DNA of 64,000 nt from Eledone cirrhosa (Eukaryota), in NCBI GenBank assembly GCA_964016885.1, contig OZ024742.1, positions 368,032,001-368,096,000 on the forward strand, read 5' to 3'. The notes below the pieces were generated by a model. The model was not told the origin of the DNA. It was given only the letters and a program-made list of their open reading frames with translations, and did not search any database. Positions 25,201-38,600 of the stretch are shown piece after piece; the stretch's first letter is position 1, and the number at the start of each line of letters is the position of its first letter. Made by a program: the position numbers and the translations under genes.

Positions 25201-28200
25201 TATGTTGTGTCAGTGAGAGAGTGGTTTACTATGTTGTATCAGTGAGAGAGTGGTTTACTATGTTGTGTCAGTGAGTGGTTTACTATGTTGTGTCAGTGAG
25301 TGGTTTACTATGTTGTGTCAGTGAGAGAGTGGTTTACTATGTTGTGTCAGTGAGTGGTTTACTATGTTGTGTCAGTGAGAGAGTGATTTACTATGTTCTG
25401 TCAGTGAGTGGTTTAATATGTTGTGTCAGTGAGAGAGTGGTTTACTATGTTGTGTCTGTGAGTGGTTTACTATGTTGTGTCAGTGAGTGGTTTAATATTT
25501 TGTGTCAGTGAGAGAGTGGTTTACTATGTTGTGTCACTGAGAGGGTGGTTTACTATGTTGTGTCAATGAGTGGTTTACTATGTTGTGTCAGTGAGAGAGT
25601 GGTTTACTATGTTGTGTCAGTGAGTGGTTTACTATGTTGTGTCAGTGAGAGAGTGGTTTACTATGTTGTGTCAGTGAGTGGTTTACTATGTTGTGTCTGT
25701 GAGAGAGTGGTTTACTATGTTGTGTCTGTGAGAGAGTGCTTTACTATGTTGTGTCAGTGAGTGGTTTACTATGTTGTGTCAGTGAGAGAGTGGTTTACTA
25801 TGTTGTGTCAGTGAGTGGTTTACTATGTTGTGTCTGTGAGAGAGTGGTTTACTATGTTGTGTCTGTGAGAGAGTGGTTTACTATGTTGTGTCAGTGAGTG
25901 GTTTACTATGTTGTGTCAGTGAGAGAGTGGTTTACTATGTTGTGTCAATGAGTGGTTTACTATGTTGTGTCTGTGAGAGAGTGGTTTACTATGTTGTGTC
26001 TGTGAGAGAGTGGTTTACTATGTTGTGTCAGTGAGTGGTTTACTATGTTGTGTCAGTGAGAGAGTGGTTTACTATGTTGTGTCAGTGAGTGGTTTACCAT
26101 GTTGTGTCAGTGAGAGAGTGGTTTACTATGTTGTGTCAGTGAGAGAGTGGTTAACTATGTTGTGTCAGTGAGTGGTTTACTATGTTGTGTCAGTGAGTGG
26201 TTTACTATGTTGTGTCAGTGAGTGGTTTACTATGTTGTGTCAGTGACAGAGTGGTTTACTATGTTGTGTCAGTGAGTGGTTCACTATGTTGTGTCAGTGA
26301 GTGGTTTACTATGTTGTGTCAGTGAGAGAGTGGTTTACTATGTTGTGTCAGTGAGAGAGTGGTTTACTATGTTGTGTCAGTGAGTGGTTTACTATGTTGT
26401 GTCAGTGAGTGGTTTACTATGTTGTGTCAGTGAGTGGTTTACTATGTTGAGTCAGTGAGTGGTTTACTATGTTGTGTCAGTGAGAGAGTGGTTTACTATG
26501 TTGTGTCAGTGAGAGAGTGGTTTACTATGTTGTGTCAGTGAGAGAGTGGTTTACTATGTTGTGTCTGTGAGAGAGTGGTTTACTATGTTGTGTCAGTGAG
26601 TGGTTTACTATGTTGTGTCAGTGAGTGGTTTACTATGTTGTGTCAGTGAGAGAGTGGTTTACTATGTTGTGTCTGTGAGTGGTTTACTATGTTGTGTCAG
26701 TGAGTAGTTTACTATGTTGTGTCAGTGAGTGGTTTACTATGTTGTGTCAGTGAGTGGTTTACTATGTTGTGTCAGTGAGTGGTTTACTATGTTGAGTCAG
26801 TGAGTGGTTTACTATGTTGTGTCAGTGAGTGGTTTACTATGTTGTATCAGTGAGAGGGTGGTTTACTATGCTGGGTCAGTGAGTGGTTTACTATGTTGTG
26901 TCAGTGAGTGGTTTACTATGTTGTGTCAGTGAGAGAGTGGTTTACTATGTTGTGTCAATGAGTGGTTTACTATGTTGTGTCAGAGAGAGAGTGGTTTACT
27001 ATGTTGTGTCAGTGAGTGGTTTACTATGTTGTGTCAGTGAGTGGTTTACTATGTTGTGTCAGTGAGTGGTTTACTATGTTGTGTCAGTGAGAGAGTGGTT
27101 TACTATGTTGTGTCAGTGAGAGAGTGGTTTACTATGTTGTGTCAGTGAGTGGTTTACTATGTTGTGTCAGTGAGTAGTTTACTATGTTGTGTCAGTGAGT
27201 GGTTTACTATGTTGTGTCAGTGAGAGAGTGGTTTACTATGTTGTGTCAGTGAGAGAGAGGTTTACTATGTTGTGTCAGTGAGTGGTTTACTATGTTGTGT
27301 CTGTGAGAGAGTGGTTTACTATGTTGTGTCTGTGAGTGGTTTACTATGTTGTGTCAGTGAGAGAGTGGTTTACTATGTTGTGTCAGTGAGTGGTTTACTA
27401 TGTTGTGTCAGTGTGAGAGTGGTTTACTATGTTGTGTCTGTGAGAGAGTGGTTTACTATGTTGTGTCAGTGAGAGGGTGGTTTACTATGTTGTGTCTGTG
27501 AGAGAGTGGTTTACTATGTTGTGTCTGTGAGAGAGTGGTTTACTATGTTGTGTCTGTGAGTGGTTTACTATGTTCTGTCAGTGAGAGAGTGGTTTACTAT
27601 GTTCTGTCAGTGAGAGAGTGGTTTACTATGTTCTGTCAGTGAGAGAGTGGTTTACTATGTTGTGTCAGTGAGAGAGTGGTTTACTATGTTGTGTCTGTGA
27701 GTGGTTTACTATGTTGTGTCAGTGAGAGAGTGGTTTACTATGTTGTGTCAGTGAGTGGTTTACTATGTTGTGTCAGTGAGTGGTTTACTATGTTGTGTCA
27801 GTGAAAGAGTTGTTTACTATGTTGTATCAGTGAGAGAGTGGTTTACTATGTTGTGTCAGTGAGTGGTTTACTATGTTGTGTCAGTGAGTGGTTTACTATG
27901 TTGTGTCAGTGAGAGAGTGGTTTACTATGTTGTGTCAGTGAGTGGTTTACTATGTTGTGTCAGTGAGAGAGTGATTTACTATGTTCTGTCAGTGAGTGGT
28001 TTAATATGTTGTGTCAGTGAGAGAGTGGTTTACTATGTTGTGTCTGTGAGTGGTTTACTATGTTGTGTCAGTGAGTGGTTTAATATGTTGTGTCAGTGAG
28101 AGAGTGGTTTACTATGTTGTGTCAGTGAGAGGGTGGTTTACTATGTTGTGTCAATGAGTGGTTTACTATGTTGTGTCAGTGAGAGAGTGGTTTACTATGT

Positions 28201-31200
28201 TGTGTCAGTGAGTGGTTTACTATGTTGTGTCTGTGAGAGAGTGGTTTACTATGTTGTGTCTGTGAGAGAGTGGTTTACTATGTTGTGTCAGTGAGTGGTT
28301 TACTATGTTGTGTCAGTGAGAGAGTGGTTTACTATGTTGTGTCAGTGAGTGGTTTACTATGTTGTGTCTGTGAGAGAGTGGTTTAATATGTTGTGTCTGT
28401 GAGAGAGTGGTTTACTATGTTGTGTCAGTGAGTGGTTTACTATGTTGTGTCAGTGAGAGAGTGGTTTACTATGTTGTGTCAATGAGTGGTTTACTATGTT
28501 GTGTCTGTGAGAGAGTGGTTTACTATGTTGTGTCTGTGAGAGAGTGGTTTACTATGTTGTGTCAGTGAGTGGTTTACTATGTTGTGTCAGTGAGAGAGTG
28601 GTTTACTATGTTGTGTCAGTGAGTGGTTTACTATGTTGTGTCAGTGAGAGAGTGGTTTACTATGTTGTGTCAGTGAGAGAGTGGTTAACTATGTTGTGTC
28701 AGTGAGTGGTTTACTATGTTGTGTCAGTGAGTGGTTTACTATGTTGTGTCAGTGAGTGGTTTACTATGTTGTGTCAGTGACAGAGTGGTTTACTATGTTG
28801 TGTCAGTGAGTGGTTTACTATGTTGTGTCAGTGAGTGGTTTACTATGTTGTGTCAGTGAGAGAGTGGTTTACTATGATGTGTCAGTGAGAGAGAGGTTTA
28901 CTATGTTGTGTCAGTGAGTGGTTTACTATGTTGTGTCAGTGAGTGGTTTACTATGTTGTGTCAGTGAGTGGTTTACTATGTTGAGTCAGTGAGAGAGTGG
29001 TTTACTATGTTGTGTCAGTGAGTGGTTTACTATGTTGTGTCAGTGAGAGAGTGGTTTACTATGTTGTGTCAGTGAGTGGTTTACTATGTTGTGTCAGTGA
29101 GAGAGTGGTTTACTATGTTGTGTCTGTGAGAGAGTGGTTTACTATGTTGTGTCAGTGAGTGGTTTACTATGTTGTGTCAGTGAGAGGGTGGTTTACTATG
29201 TTGTGTCAGTGAGAGAGTGGTTTACTATGTTGTGTCAGTGAGTGGTTTACTATGTTGTGTCAGTGAGAGGGTGGTTTACTATGTTGTGTCAGTGAGTGGT
29301 TTACTATGTTGTGTCAGTGAGTGGTTTACTATGTTGTGTCAGTGAGAGAGTGGTTTACTATGTTGTGTCAGTGAGAGGGTGGTTTACTATGTTGTGTCAG
29401 TGAGTGGTTTACTATGTTGTGTCAGTGAGTGGTTTACTATGTTGTGTCAGTGAGTGGTTTACTATGTTGTGTCAGTGAGAGAGTGGTTTACTATGTTGTG
29501 TCAGTGAGTGGTTTACTATGTTGTGTCAGTGAGTGGTTTACTATGTTGTGTCAGTGAGAGGGTGGTTTACTATGTTGTGTCAGTGAGAGAGAGGTTTACT
29601 ATGTTGTGTCTGTGAGTGGTTTACTATGTTGTGTCAGTGAGAGAGTGGTTTACTATGTTGTGTCAGTGAGTGGTTTACTATGTTGTGTCAGTGAGAGAGT
29701 GGTTTACTATGTTGTGTCAGTGAGTGGTTTACTATGTTGTGTCTGTGAGAGAGTGGTTTACTATGTTGTGTCTGTGAGTGGTTTACTATGTTGTGTCAGT
29801 GAGAGAGTGGTTTACTATGTTGTGTCAGTGAGTGGTTTACTATGTTGTGTCAGTGTGAGAGTGGTTTACTATGTTGTGTCAGTGAGAGGGTGGTTTACTA
29901 TGTTGTGTCTGTGAGAGAGTGGTTTACTATGTTGTGTCTGTGAGAGAGTGGTTTACTATGTTGTGTCTGTGAGTGGTTTACTATGTTCTGTCAGTGAGAG
30001 AGTGGTTTACTATGTTCTGTCAGTGAGAGAGTGGTTTACTATGTTCTGTCAGTGAGAGAGTGGTTTACTATGTTGTGTCAGTGAGAGAGTGGTTTACTAT
30101 GTTGTGTCTGTGAGTGGTTTACTATGTTGTGTCAGTGAGAGAGTGGTTTACTATGTTGTGTCAGTGAGTGGTTTACTATGTTGTGTCAGTGAGTGGTTTA
30201 CTATGTTGTGTCAGTGAGAGAGTGGTTTACTATGTTGTATCAGTGAGAGAGTGGTTTACTATGTTGTGTCAGTGAGTGGTTTACTATGTTGTGTCAGTGA
30301 GTGGTTTACTATGTTGTGTCAGTGAGAGAGTGGTTTACTATGTTGTGTCAGTGAGTGGTTTACTATGTTATGTCAGTGAGAGAGTGATTTACTATGTTCT
30401 GTCAGTGAGTGGTTTAATATGTTGTGTCAGTGAGAGAGTGGTTTACTATGTTGTGTCTGTGAGTGGTTTACTATGTTGTGTCAGTGAGTGGTTTAATATG
30501 TTGTGTCAGTGAGAGAGTGGTTTACTATGTTGTGTCAGTGAGAGGGTGGTTTACTATGTTGTGTCAATGAGTGGTTTACTATGTTGTGTCAGTGAGAGAG
30601 TGGTTTACTATGTTGTGTCAGTGAGTGGTTTACTATGTTGTGTCAGTGAGAGAGTGGTTTACTATGTTGTGTCAGTGAGTGGTTTACTATGTTGTGTCTG
30701 TGAGAGAGTGGTTTACTATGTTGTGTCTGTGAGAGAGTGGTTTACTATGTTGTGTCAGTGAGTGGTTTACTATGTTGTGTCAGTGAGAGAGTGGTTTACT
30801 ATGTTGTGTCAGTGAGTGGTTTACTATGTTGTGTCTGTGAGAGAGTGGTTTAATATGTTGTGTCTGTGAGAGAGTGGTTTACTATGTTGTGTCAGTGAGT
30901 GGTTTACTATGTTGTGTCAGTGAGAGAGTGGTTTACTATGTTGTGTCAATGAGTGGTTTACTATGTTGTGTCTGTGAGAGAGTGGTTTACTATGTTGTGT
31001 CTGTGAGAGAGTGGTTTACTATGTTGTGTCAGTGAGTGGTTTACTATGTTGTGTCAGTGAGAGAGTGGTTTACTATGTTGTGTCAGTGAGTGGTTTACTA
31101 TGTTGTGTCAGTGAGAGAGTGGTTTACTATGTTGTGTCAGTGAGAGAGTGGTTAACTATGTTGTGTCAGTGAGTGGTTTACTATGTTGTGTCAGTGAGTG

Positions 31201-34200
31201 GTTTACTATGTTGTGTCAGTGAGTGGTTTACTATGTTGTGTCAGTGACAGAGTGGTTTACTATGTTGTGTCAGTGAGTGGTTTACTATGTTGTGTCAGTG
31301 AGTGGTTTACTATGTTGTGTCAGTGAGAGAGTGATTTACTATGTTCTGTCAGTGAGTGGTTTAATATGTTGTGTCAGTGAGAGAGTGGTTTACTATGTTG
31401 TGTCTGTGAGTGGTTTACTATGTTGTGTCAGTGAGTGGTTTAATATGTTGTGTCAGTGAGAGAGTGGTTTACTATGTTGTGTCAGTGAGAGGGTGGTTTA
31501 CTATGTTGTGTCAATGAGTGGTTTACTATGTTGTGTCAGTGAGAGAGTGGTTTACTATGTTGTGTCAGTGAGTGGTTTACTATGTTGTGTCTGTGAGAGA
31601 GTGGTTTACTATGTTGTGTCTGTGAGAGAGTGGTTTACTATGTTGTGTCAGTGAGTGGTTTACTATGTTGTGTCAGTGAGAGAGTGGTTTACTATGTTGT
31701 GTCAGTGAGTGGTTTACTATGTTGTGTCTGTGAGAGAGTGGTTTAATATGTTGTGTCTGTGAGAGAGTGGTTTACTATGTTGTGTCAGTGAGTGGTTTAC
31801 TATGTTGTGTCAGTGAGAGAGTGGTTTACTATGTTGTGTCAATGAGTGGTTTACTATGTTGTGTCTGTGAGAGAGTGGTTTACTATGTTGTGTCTGTGAG
31901 AGAGTGGTTTACTATGTTGTGTCAGTGAGTGGTTTACTATGTTGTGTCAGTGAGAGAGTGGTTTACTATGTTGTGTCAGTGAGTGGTTTACTATGTTGTG
32001 TCAGTGAGAGAGTGGTTTACTATGTTGTGTCAGTGAGAGAGTGGTTAACTATGTTGTGTCAGTGAGTGGTTTACTATGTTGTGTCAGTGAGTGGTTTACT
32101 ATGTTGTGTCAGTGAGTGGTTTACTATGTTGTGTCAGTGACAGAGTGGTTTACTATGTTGTGTCAGTGAGTGGTTTACTATGTTGTGTCATTGAGTGGTT
32201 TACTATGTTGTGTCAGTGAGAGAGTGGTTTACTATGATGTGTCAGTGAGAGAGAGGTTTACTATGTTGTGTCAGTGAGTGGTTTACTATGTTGTGTCAGT
32301 GAGTGGTTTACTATGTTGTGTCAGTGAGTGGTTTACTATGTTGAGTCAGTGAGAGAGTGGTTTACTATGTTGTGTCAGTGAGTGGTTTACTATGTTGTGT
32401 CAGTGAGAGAGTGGTTTACTATGTTGTGTCAGTGAGTGGTTTACTATGTTGTGTCAGTGAGAGAGTGGTTTACTATGTTGTGTCTGTGAGATAGTGGTTT
32501 ACTATGTTGTGTCAGTGAGTGGTTTACTATGTTGTGTCAGTGAGAGAGTGGTTTACTATGTTGTGTCAGTGAGAGAGTGGTTTACTATGTTGTGTCAGTG
32601 AGTGGTTTACTATGTTGTGTCAGTGAGAGGGTGGTTTACTATGTTGTGTCAGTGAGAGAGTGGTTTACTATGTTGTGTCAGTGAGTGGTTTACTATGTTG
32701 TGTCAGTGAGAGGGTGGTTTACTATGTTGTGTCAGTGAGTGGTTTACTATGTTGTGTCAGTGAGTGGTTTACTATGTTGTGTCAGTGAGAGAGTGGTTTA
32801 CTATGTTGTGTCAGTGAGAGGGTGGTTTACTATGTTGTGTCAGTGAGTGGTTTACTATGTTGTGTCAGTGAGTGGTTTACTATGTTGTGTCAGTGAGTGG
32901 TTTACTATGTTGTGTCAGTGAGAGAGTGGTTTACTATGTTGTGTCAGTGAGTGGTTTACTATGTTGTGTCAGTGAGTGGTTTACTATGTTGTGTCAGTGA
33001 GAGGGTGGTTTACTATGTTGTGTCAGTGAGAGAGAGGTTTACTATGTTGTGTCTGTGAGTGGTTTACTATGTTGTGTCAGTGAGAGAGTGGTTTACTATG
33101 TTGTGTCAGTGAGTGGTTTACTATGTTGTGTCAGTGAGAGAGTGGTTTACTATGTTGTGTCAGTGAGTGGTTTACTATGTTGTGTCTGTGAGAGAGTGGT
33201 TTACTATGTTGTGTCTGTGAGTGGTTTACTATGTTGTGTCAGTGAGAGAGTGGTTTACTATGTTGTGTCAGTGAGTGGTTTACTATGTTGTGTCAGTGTG
33301 AGAGTGGTTTACTATGTTGTGTCAGTGAGAGGGTGGTTTACTATGTTGTGTCTGTGAGAGAGTGGTTTACTATGTTGTGTCTGTGAGAGAGTGGTTTACT
33401 ATGTTGTGTCTGTGAGTGGTTTACTATGTTCTGTCAGTGAGAGAGTGGTTTACTATGTTCTGTCAGTGAGAGAGTGGTTTACTATGTTCTGTCAGTGAGA
33501 GAGTGGTTTACTATGTTGTGTCAGTGAGAGAGTGGTTTACTATGTTGTGTCTGTGAGTGGTTTACTATGTTGTGTCAGTGAGAGAGTGGTTTACTATGTT
33601 GTGTCAGTGAGTGGTTTACTATGTTGTGTCAGTGAGTGGTTTACTATGTTGTGTCAGTGAGAGAGTGGTTTACTATGTTGTATCAGTGAGAGAGTGGTTT
33701 ACTATGTTGTGTCAGTGAGTGGTTTACTATGTTGTGTCAGTGAGTGGTTTACTATGTTGTGTCAGTGAGAGAGTGGTTTACTATGTTGTGTCAGTGAGTG
33801 GTTTACTATGTTGTGTCAGTGAGTGGTTTACTATGTTATGTCAGTGAGAGAGTGATTTACTATGTTCTGTCAGTGAGTGGTTTAATATGTTGTGTCAGTG
33901 AGAGAGTGGTTTACTATGTTGTGTCTGTGAGTGGTTTACTATGTTGTGTCAGTGAGTGGTTTAATATGTTGTGTCAGTGAGAAAGTGGTTTACTATGTTG
34001 TGTCAGTGAGAGGGTGGTTTACTATGTTGTGTCAATGAGTGGTTTACTATGTTGTGTCAGTGAGAGAGTGGTTTACTATGTTGTGTCAGTGAGTGGTTTA
34101 CTATGTTGTGTCAGTGAGAGAGTGGTTTACTATGTTGTGTCAGTGAGTGGTTTACTATGTTGTGTCTGTGAGAGAGTGGTTTACTATGTTGTGTCTGTGA

Positions 34201-35600
34201 GAGAGTGGTTTACTATGTTGTGTCAGTGAGTGGTTTACTATGTTGTGTCAGTGAGAGAGTGGTTTACTATGTTGTGTCAGTGAGTGGTTTACTATGTTGT
34301 GTCTGTGAGAGAGTGGTTTAATATGTTGTGTCTGTGAGAGAGTGGTTTACTATGTTGTGTCAGTGAGTGGTTTACTATGTTGTGTCAGTGAGAGAGTGGT
34401 TTACTATGTTGTGTCAATGAGTGGTTTACTATGTTGTGTCTGTGAGAGAGTGGTTTACTATGTTGTGTCTGTGAGAGAGTGGTTTACTATGTTGTGTCAG
34501 TGAGTGGTTTACTATGTTGTGTCAGTGAGAGAGTGGTTTACTATGTTGTGTCAGTGAGTGGTTTACTATGTTGTGTCAGTGAGAGAGTGGTTTACTATGT
34601 TGTGTCAGTGAGAGAGTGGTTAACTATGTTGTGTCAGTGAGTGGTTTACTATGTTGTGTCAGTGAGTGGTTTACTATGTTGTGTCAGTGAGTGGTTTACT
34701 ATGTTGTGTCAGTGACAGAGTGGTTTACTATGTTGTGTCAGTGAGTGGTTTACTATGTTGTGTCAGTGAGAGAGTGGTTTACTATGATGTGTCAGTGAGA
34801 GAGAGGTTTACTATGTTGTGTCAGTGAGTGGTTTACTATGTTGTGTCAGTGAGTGGTTTACTATGTTGTGTCAGTGAGTGGTTTACTATGTTGAGTCAGT
34901 GAGAGAGTGGTTTACTATGTTGTGTCAGTGAGTGGTTTACTATGTTGTGTCAGTGAGAGAGTGGTTTACTATGTTGTGTCAGTGAGTGGTTTACTATGTT
35001 GTGTAAGTGAGAGAGTGGTTTACTATGTTGTGTCTGTGAGATAGTGGTTTACTATGTTGTGTCAGTGAGTGGTTTACTATGTTGTGTCAGTGAGAGAGTG
35101 GTTTACTATGTTGTGTCAGTGAGAGAGTGGTTTACTATGTTGTGTCAGTGAGTGGTTTACTATGTTGTGTCAGTGAGAGGGTGGTTTACTATGTTGTGTC
35201 AGTGAGAGAGTGGTTTACTATGTTGTGTCAGTGAGTGGTTTACTATGTTGTGTCAGTGAGAGGGTGGTTTACTATGTTGTGTCAGTGAGTGGTTTACTAT
35301 GTTGTGTCAGTGAGTGGTTTACTATGTTGTGTCAGTGAGAGAGTGGTTTACTATGTTGTGTCAGTGAGAGGGTGGTTTACTATGTTGTGTCAGTGAGTGG
35401 TTTACTATGTTGTGTCAGTGAGTGGTTTACTATGTTGTGTCAGTGAGTGGTTTACTATGTTGTGTCAGTGAGAGAGTGGTTTACTATGTTGTGTCAGTGA
35501 GTGGTTTACTATGTTGTGTCAGTGAGTGGTTTACTATGTTGTGTCAGTGAGAGGGTGGTTTACTATGTTGTGTCAGTGAGAGAGTGGTTTACTATGTTGT
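19300..35600 (+). repeat. Domain with ~2.5-kb period, ~5.0-kb super-period and a ~3.4-kb re-duplication
   Basis: Signature offsets: 20498/23024/25545 (2526, 2521); 21836/26883 (5047); 24634/29606 (4972); 25275/30276 (5001); 27971/31331 (3360); 29606/33049 (3443). Confidence 0.8.
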
Positions 35601-38600
35601 GTCAGTGAGAGAGTAGTTTACTATGTTGTGTCAGTGAGAGAGTGGTTTACTATGTTGTGTCAGTGAGAGAGTGGTTTACTATGTTGTGTCAGTGAGTGGT
35701 TTACTATGTTGTGTCAGTGAGAGAGTGGTTTACTATGTTGTGTCTGTGAGAGAGTGGTTTACTATGTTGTGTCAGTGAGTGGTTTACTATGTTGTGTCAG
35801 TGAGAGAGTGGTTTACTATGTTGTGTCAGTGAGAGAGTGGTTTACTATGTTGTGTCAGTGAGTGGTTTACTATGTTGTGTCAGTGAGAGGGTGGTTTACT
35901 ATGTTGTGTCAGTGAGTGGTTTACTATGTTGTGTCAGTGAGTGGTTTACTATGTTGTGTCGGTGAGAGAGTGGTTTACTATGTTGTGTCAGTGAGTGGTT
36001 TACTATGTTGTGTCAGTGAGTGGTTTACTATGTTGTGTCAGTGAGAGAGTGGTTTACTATGTTGTGTCAGTGAGAGTGGTTTACTATGTTGTGTCAGTGA
36101 GTGGTTTACTATGTTGTGTCAGTGAGTGGTTTACTATGTTGTGTCAGTGAGTGGTTTACTATGTTGTGTCAGTGAGTGGTTTGCTATGTTGTGTCAGTGA
36201 GAGAGTGGTTTACTATGTTGTGTCAGTGAGTGGTTTACTATGTTGTGTCAGTGAGAGAATGGTTTACTATGTTGTGTCAGTGAGAGAGTGGTTTACTATG
36301 TTGTGTCAGTGAGAGAGTGGTTTACTATGTTGTGTCAGTGAGTGGTTTACTATGTTGTGTCAGTGAGTGGTTTACTATGTTGTGTCAGTGAGTGGTTTAC
36401 TATGTTGTGTCAGTGAGTGGTTTACTATGTTGTGTCAGTGAGTGGTTTACTATGTTGTGTCAGTGAGAGAGTGGTTTACTATGTTGTGTCAGTGAGTGGT
36501 TTACTATGTTGTGTCTGTGAGAGACTGGTTTACTATGTTGTGTCAGTGAGTGGTTTACTATGTTGTGTCAGTGAGAGAGTGGTTTACTATGTTGTGTCAG
36601 TGAGTGGTTTACTATGTTGTGTCTGTGAGTGGTTTACTATGTTGTGTCAGTGAGAGAGTGGTTTACTATGTTGTGTCAGTGAGTGGTTTACTATGTTGTG
36701 TCTGTGAGAGAGTGGTTTACTATGTTGTGTCTGTGAGTGGTTTACTATGTTGTGTCAGTGAGAGAGTGGTTTACTATGTTGTGTCAGTGAGTGGTTTACT
36801 ATGTTGTGTCAGTGTGAGAGTGGTTTACTATGTTGTGTCAGTGAGTGGTTTACTATGTTGTGTCAGTGAGAGGGTGGTTTACTATGTTGTGTCTGTGAGA
36901 GAGTGGTTTACTATGTTGTGTCTGTGAGAGAGTGGTTTACTATGTTGTGTCTGTGAGTGGTTTACTATGTTCTGTCAGTGAGTGGTTTAATATGTTGTGT
37001 CAGTGAGAGAGTGGTTAACTATTTTGTGTCAGTGAGAGAGTGGTTTACTATGTTGTGTCAGTGAGAGAGTGGTTTACTATGTTGTGTCTGTGAGTGGTTT
37101 ACTATGTTGTGTCAGTGAGAGAGTGGTTTACTATGTTGTGTCTGTTAGTGGTTTACTATGTTCTGTCAGTGAGTGGTTTAATATGTTGTGTCAGTGAGAG
37201 AGTGGTTTACTATGTTGTGTCTGTGAGTGGTTTACTATGTTGTGTCAGTGAGTGGTTTAATATGTTGTGTCAGTGAGAGAGTGGTTTACTATGTTGTGTC
37301 AGTGAGAGGGTGGTTTACTATGTTGTGTCAATGAGTGGTTTACTATGTTGTGTCAGTGAGAGAGTGGTTTACTATGTTGTGTCAGTGAGAGAGTGGTTTA
37401 CTATGTTGTGTCTGTGAGAGAGTGGTTTACTATGTTGTGTCAGTGAGTGGTTTACTATGTTGTGTCAGTGAGAGAGTGGTTTACTATGTTGTGTCAGTGA
37501 GTGGTTTACTATGTTGTGTCAGTGAGAGAGTGGTTTACTATGTTGTGTGAGTGAGAGAGTGGTTTACTATGTTGTGTCAGTGAGTGGTTTACTATGTTGT
37601 GTCAGTGAGAGGGTGGTTTACTATGTTGTGTCAGTGAGAGAGTGGTTTACTATGTTGTGTCAGTGAGTGGTTTACTATGTTGTGTCAGTGAGAGAGTGGT
37701 TTACTATGTTGTGTCTGTGAGAGGGTGGTTTACTATGTTGTGTCAGTGAGTGGTTTACTATGTTGTGTCGGTGAGAGAGTGGTTTACTATGTTGTGTCAG
37801 TGAGTGGTTTACTATGTTGTGTCAGTGAGTGGTTTACTATGTTGTGTCAGTGAGTGGTTTACTATGTTGTGTCAGTGAGTGGTTTACTATGTTGTGTCAG
37901 TGAGAGAGTGGTTTACTATGTTGTGTCAGTGAGAGTGGTTTACTATGTTGTGTCAGTGAGTGGTTTACTATGTTGTGTCAGTGAGTGGTTTACTATGTTG
38001 TGTCAGTGAGAGAGTGGTTTACTATGTTGTGTCAGTGAGAGAGTGGTTTACTATGTTGTGTCAGTGAGAGAGTGGTTTACTATGTTGTGTCAGTGAGTGG
38101 TTTACTATGTTGTGTCAGTGAGTGGTTTACTATGTTGTGTCAGTGAGTGGTTTACTATGTTGTGTCAGTGAGTGGTTTACTATGTTGTGTCAGTGAGTGG
38201 TTTACTATGTTGTGTCAGTGAGTGGTTTACTATGTTGTGTCAGTGAGAGAGTGGTTTACTATGTTGTGTCAGTGAGTGGTTTACTATGTTGTGTCTGTGA
38301 GAGACTGGTTTACTATGTTGTGTCAGTGAGTGGTTTACTATGTTGTGTCAGTGAGAGAGTGGTTTACTATGTTGTGTCAGTGAGTGGTTTACTATGTTGT
38401 GTCTGTGAGAGAGAGGTTTACTATGTTGTGTCTGTGAGTGGTTTACTATGTTGTGTCAGTGAGAGAGTGGTTTACTATGTTGTGTCAGTGAGAGAGTGGT
38501 TTAATATGTTGTGTCAGTGAGTAGTTTACTATGTTGTGTCTGTGAGAGAGTGGTTTACTATGTTGTGTCTGTGAGTGGTTTACTATGTTGTGTCAGTGAG

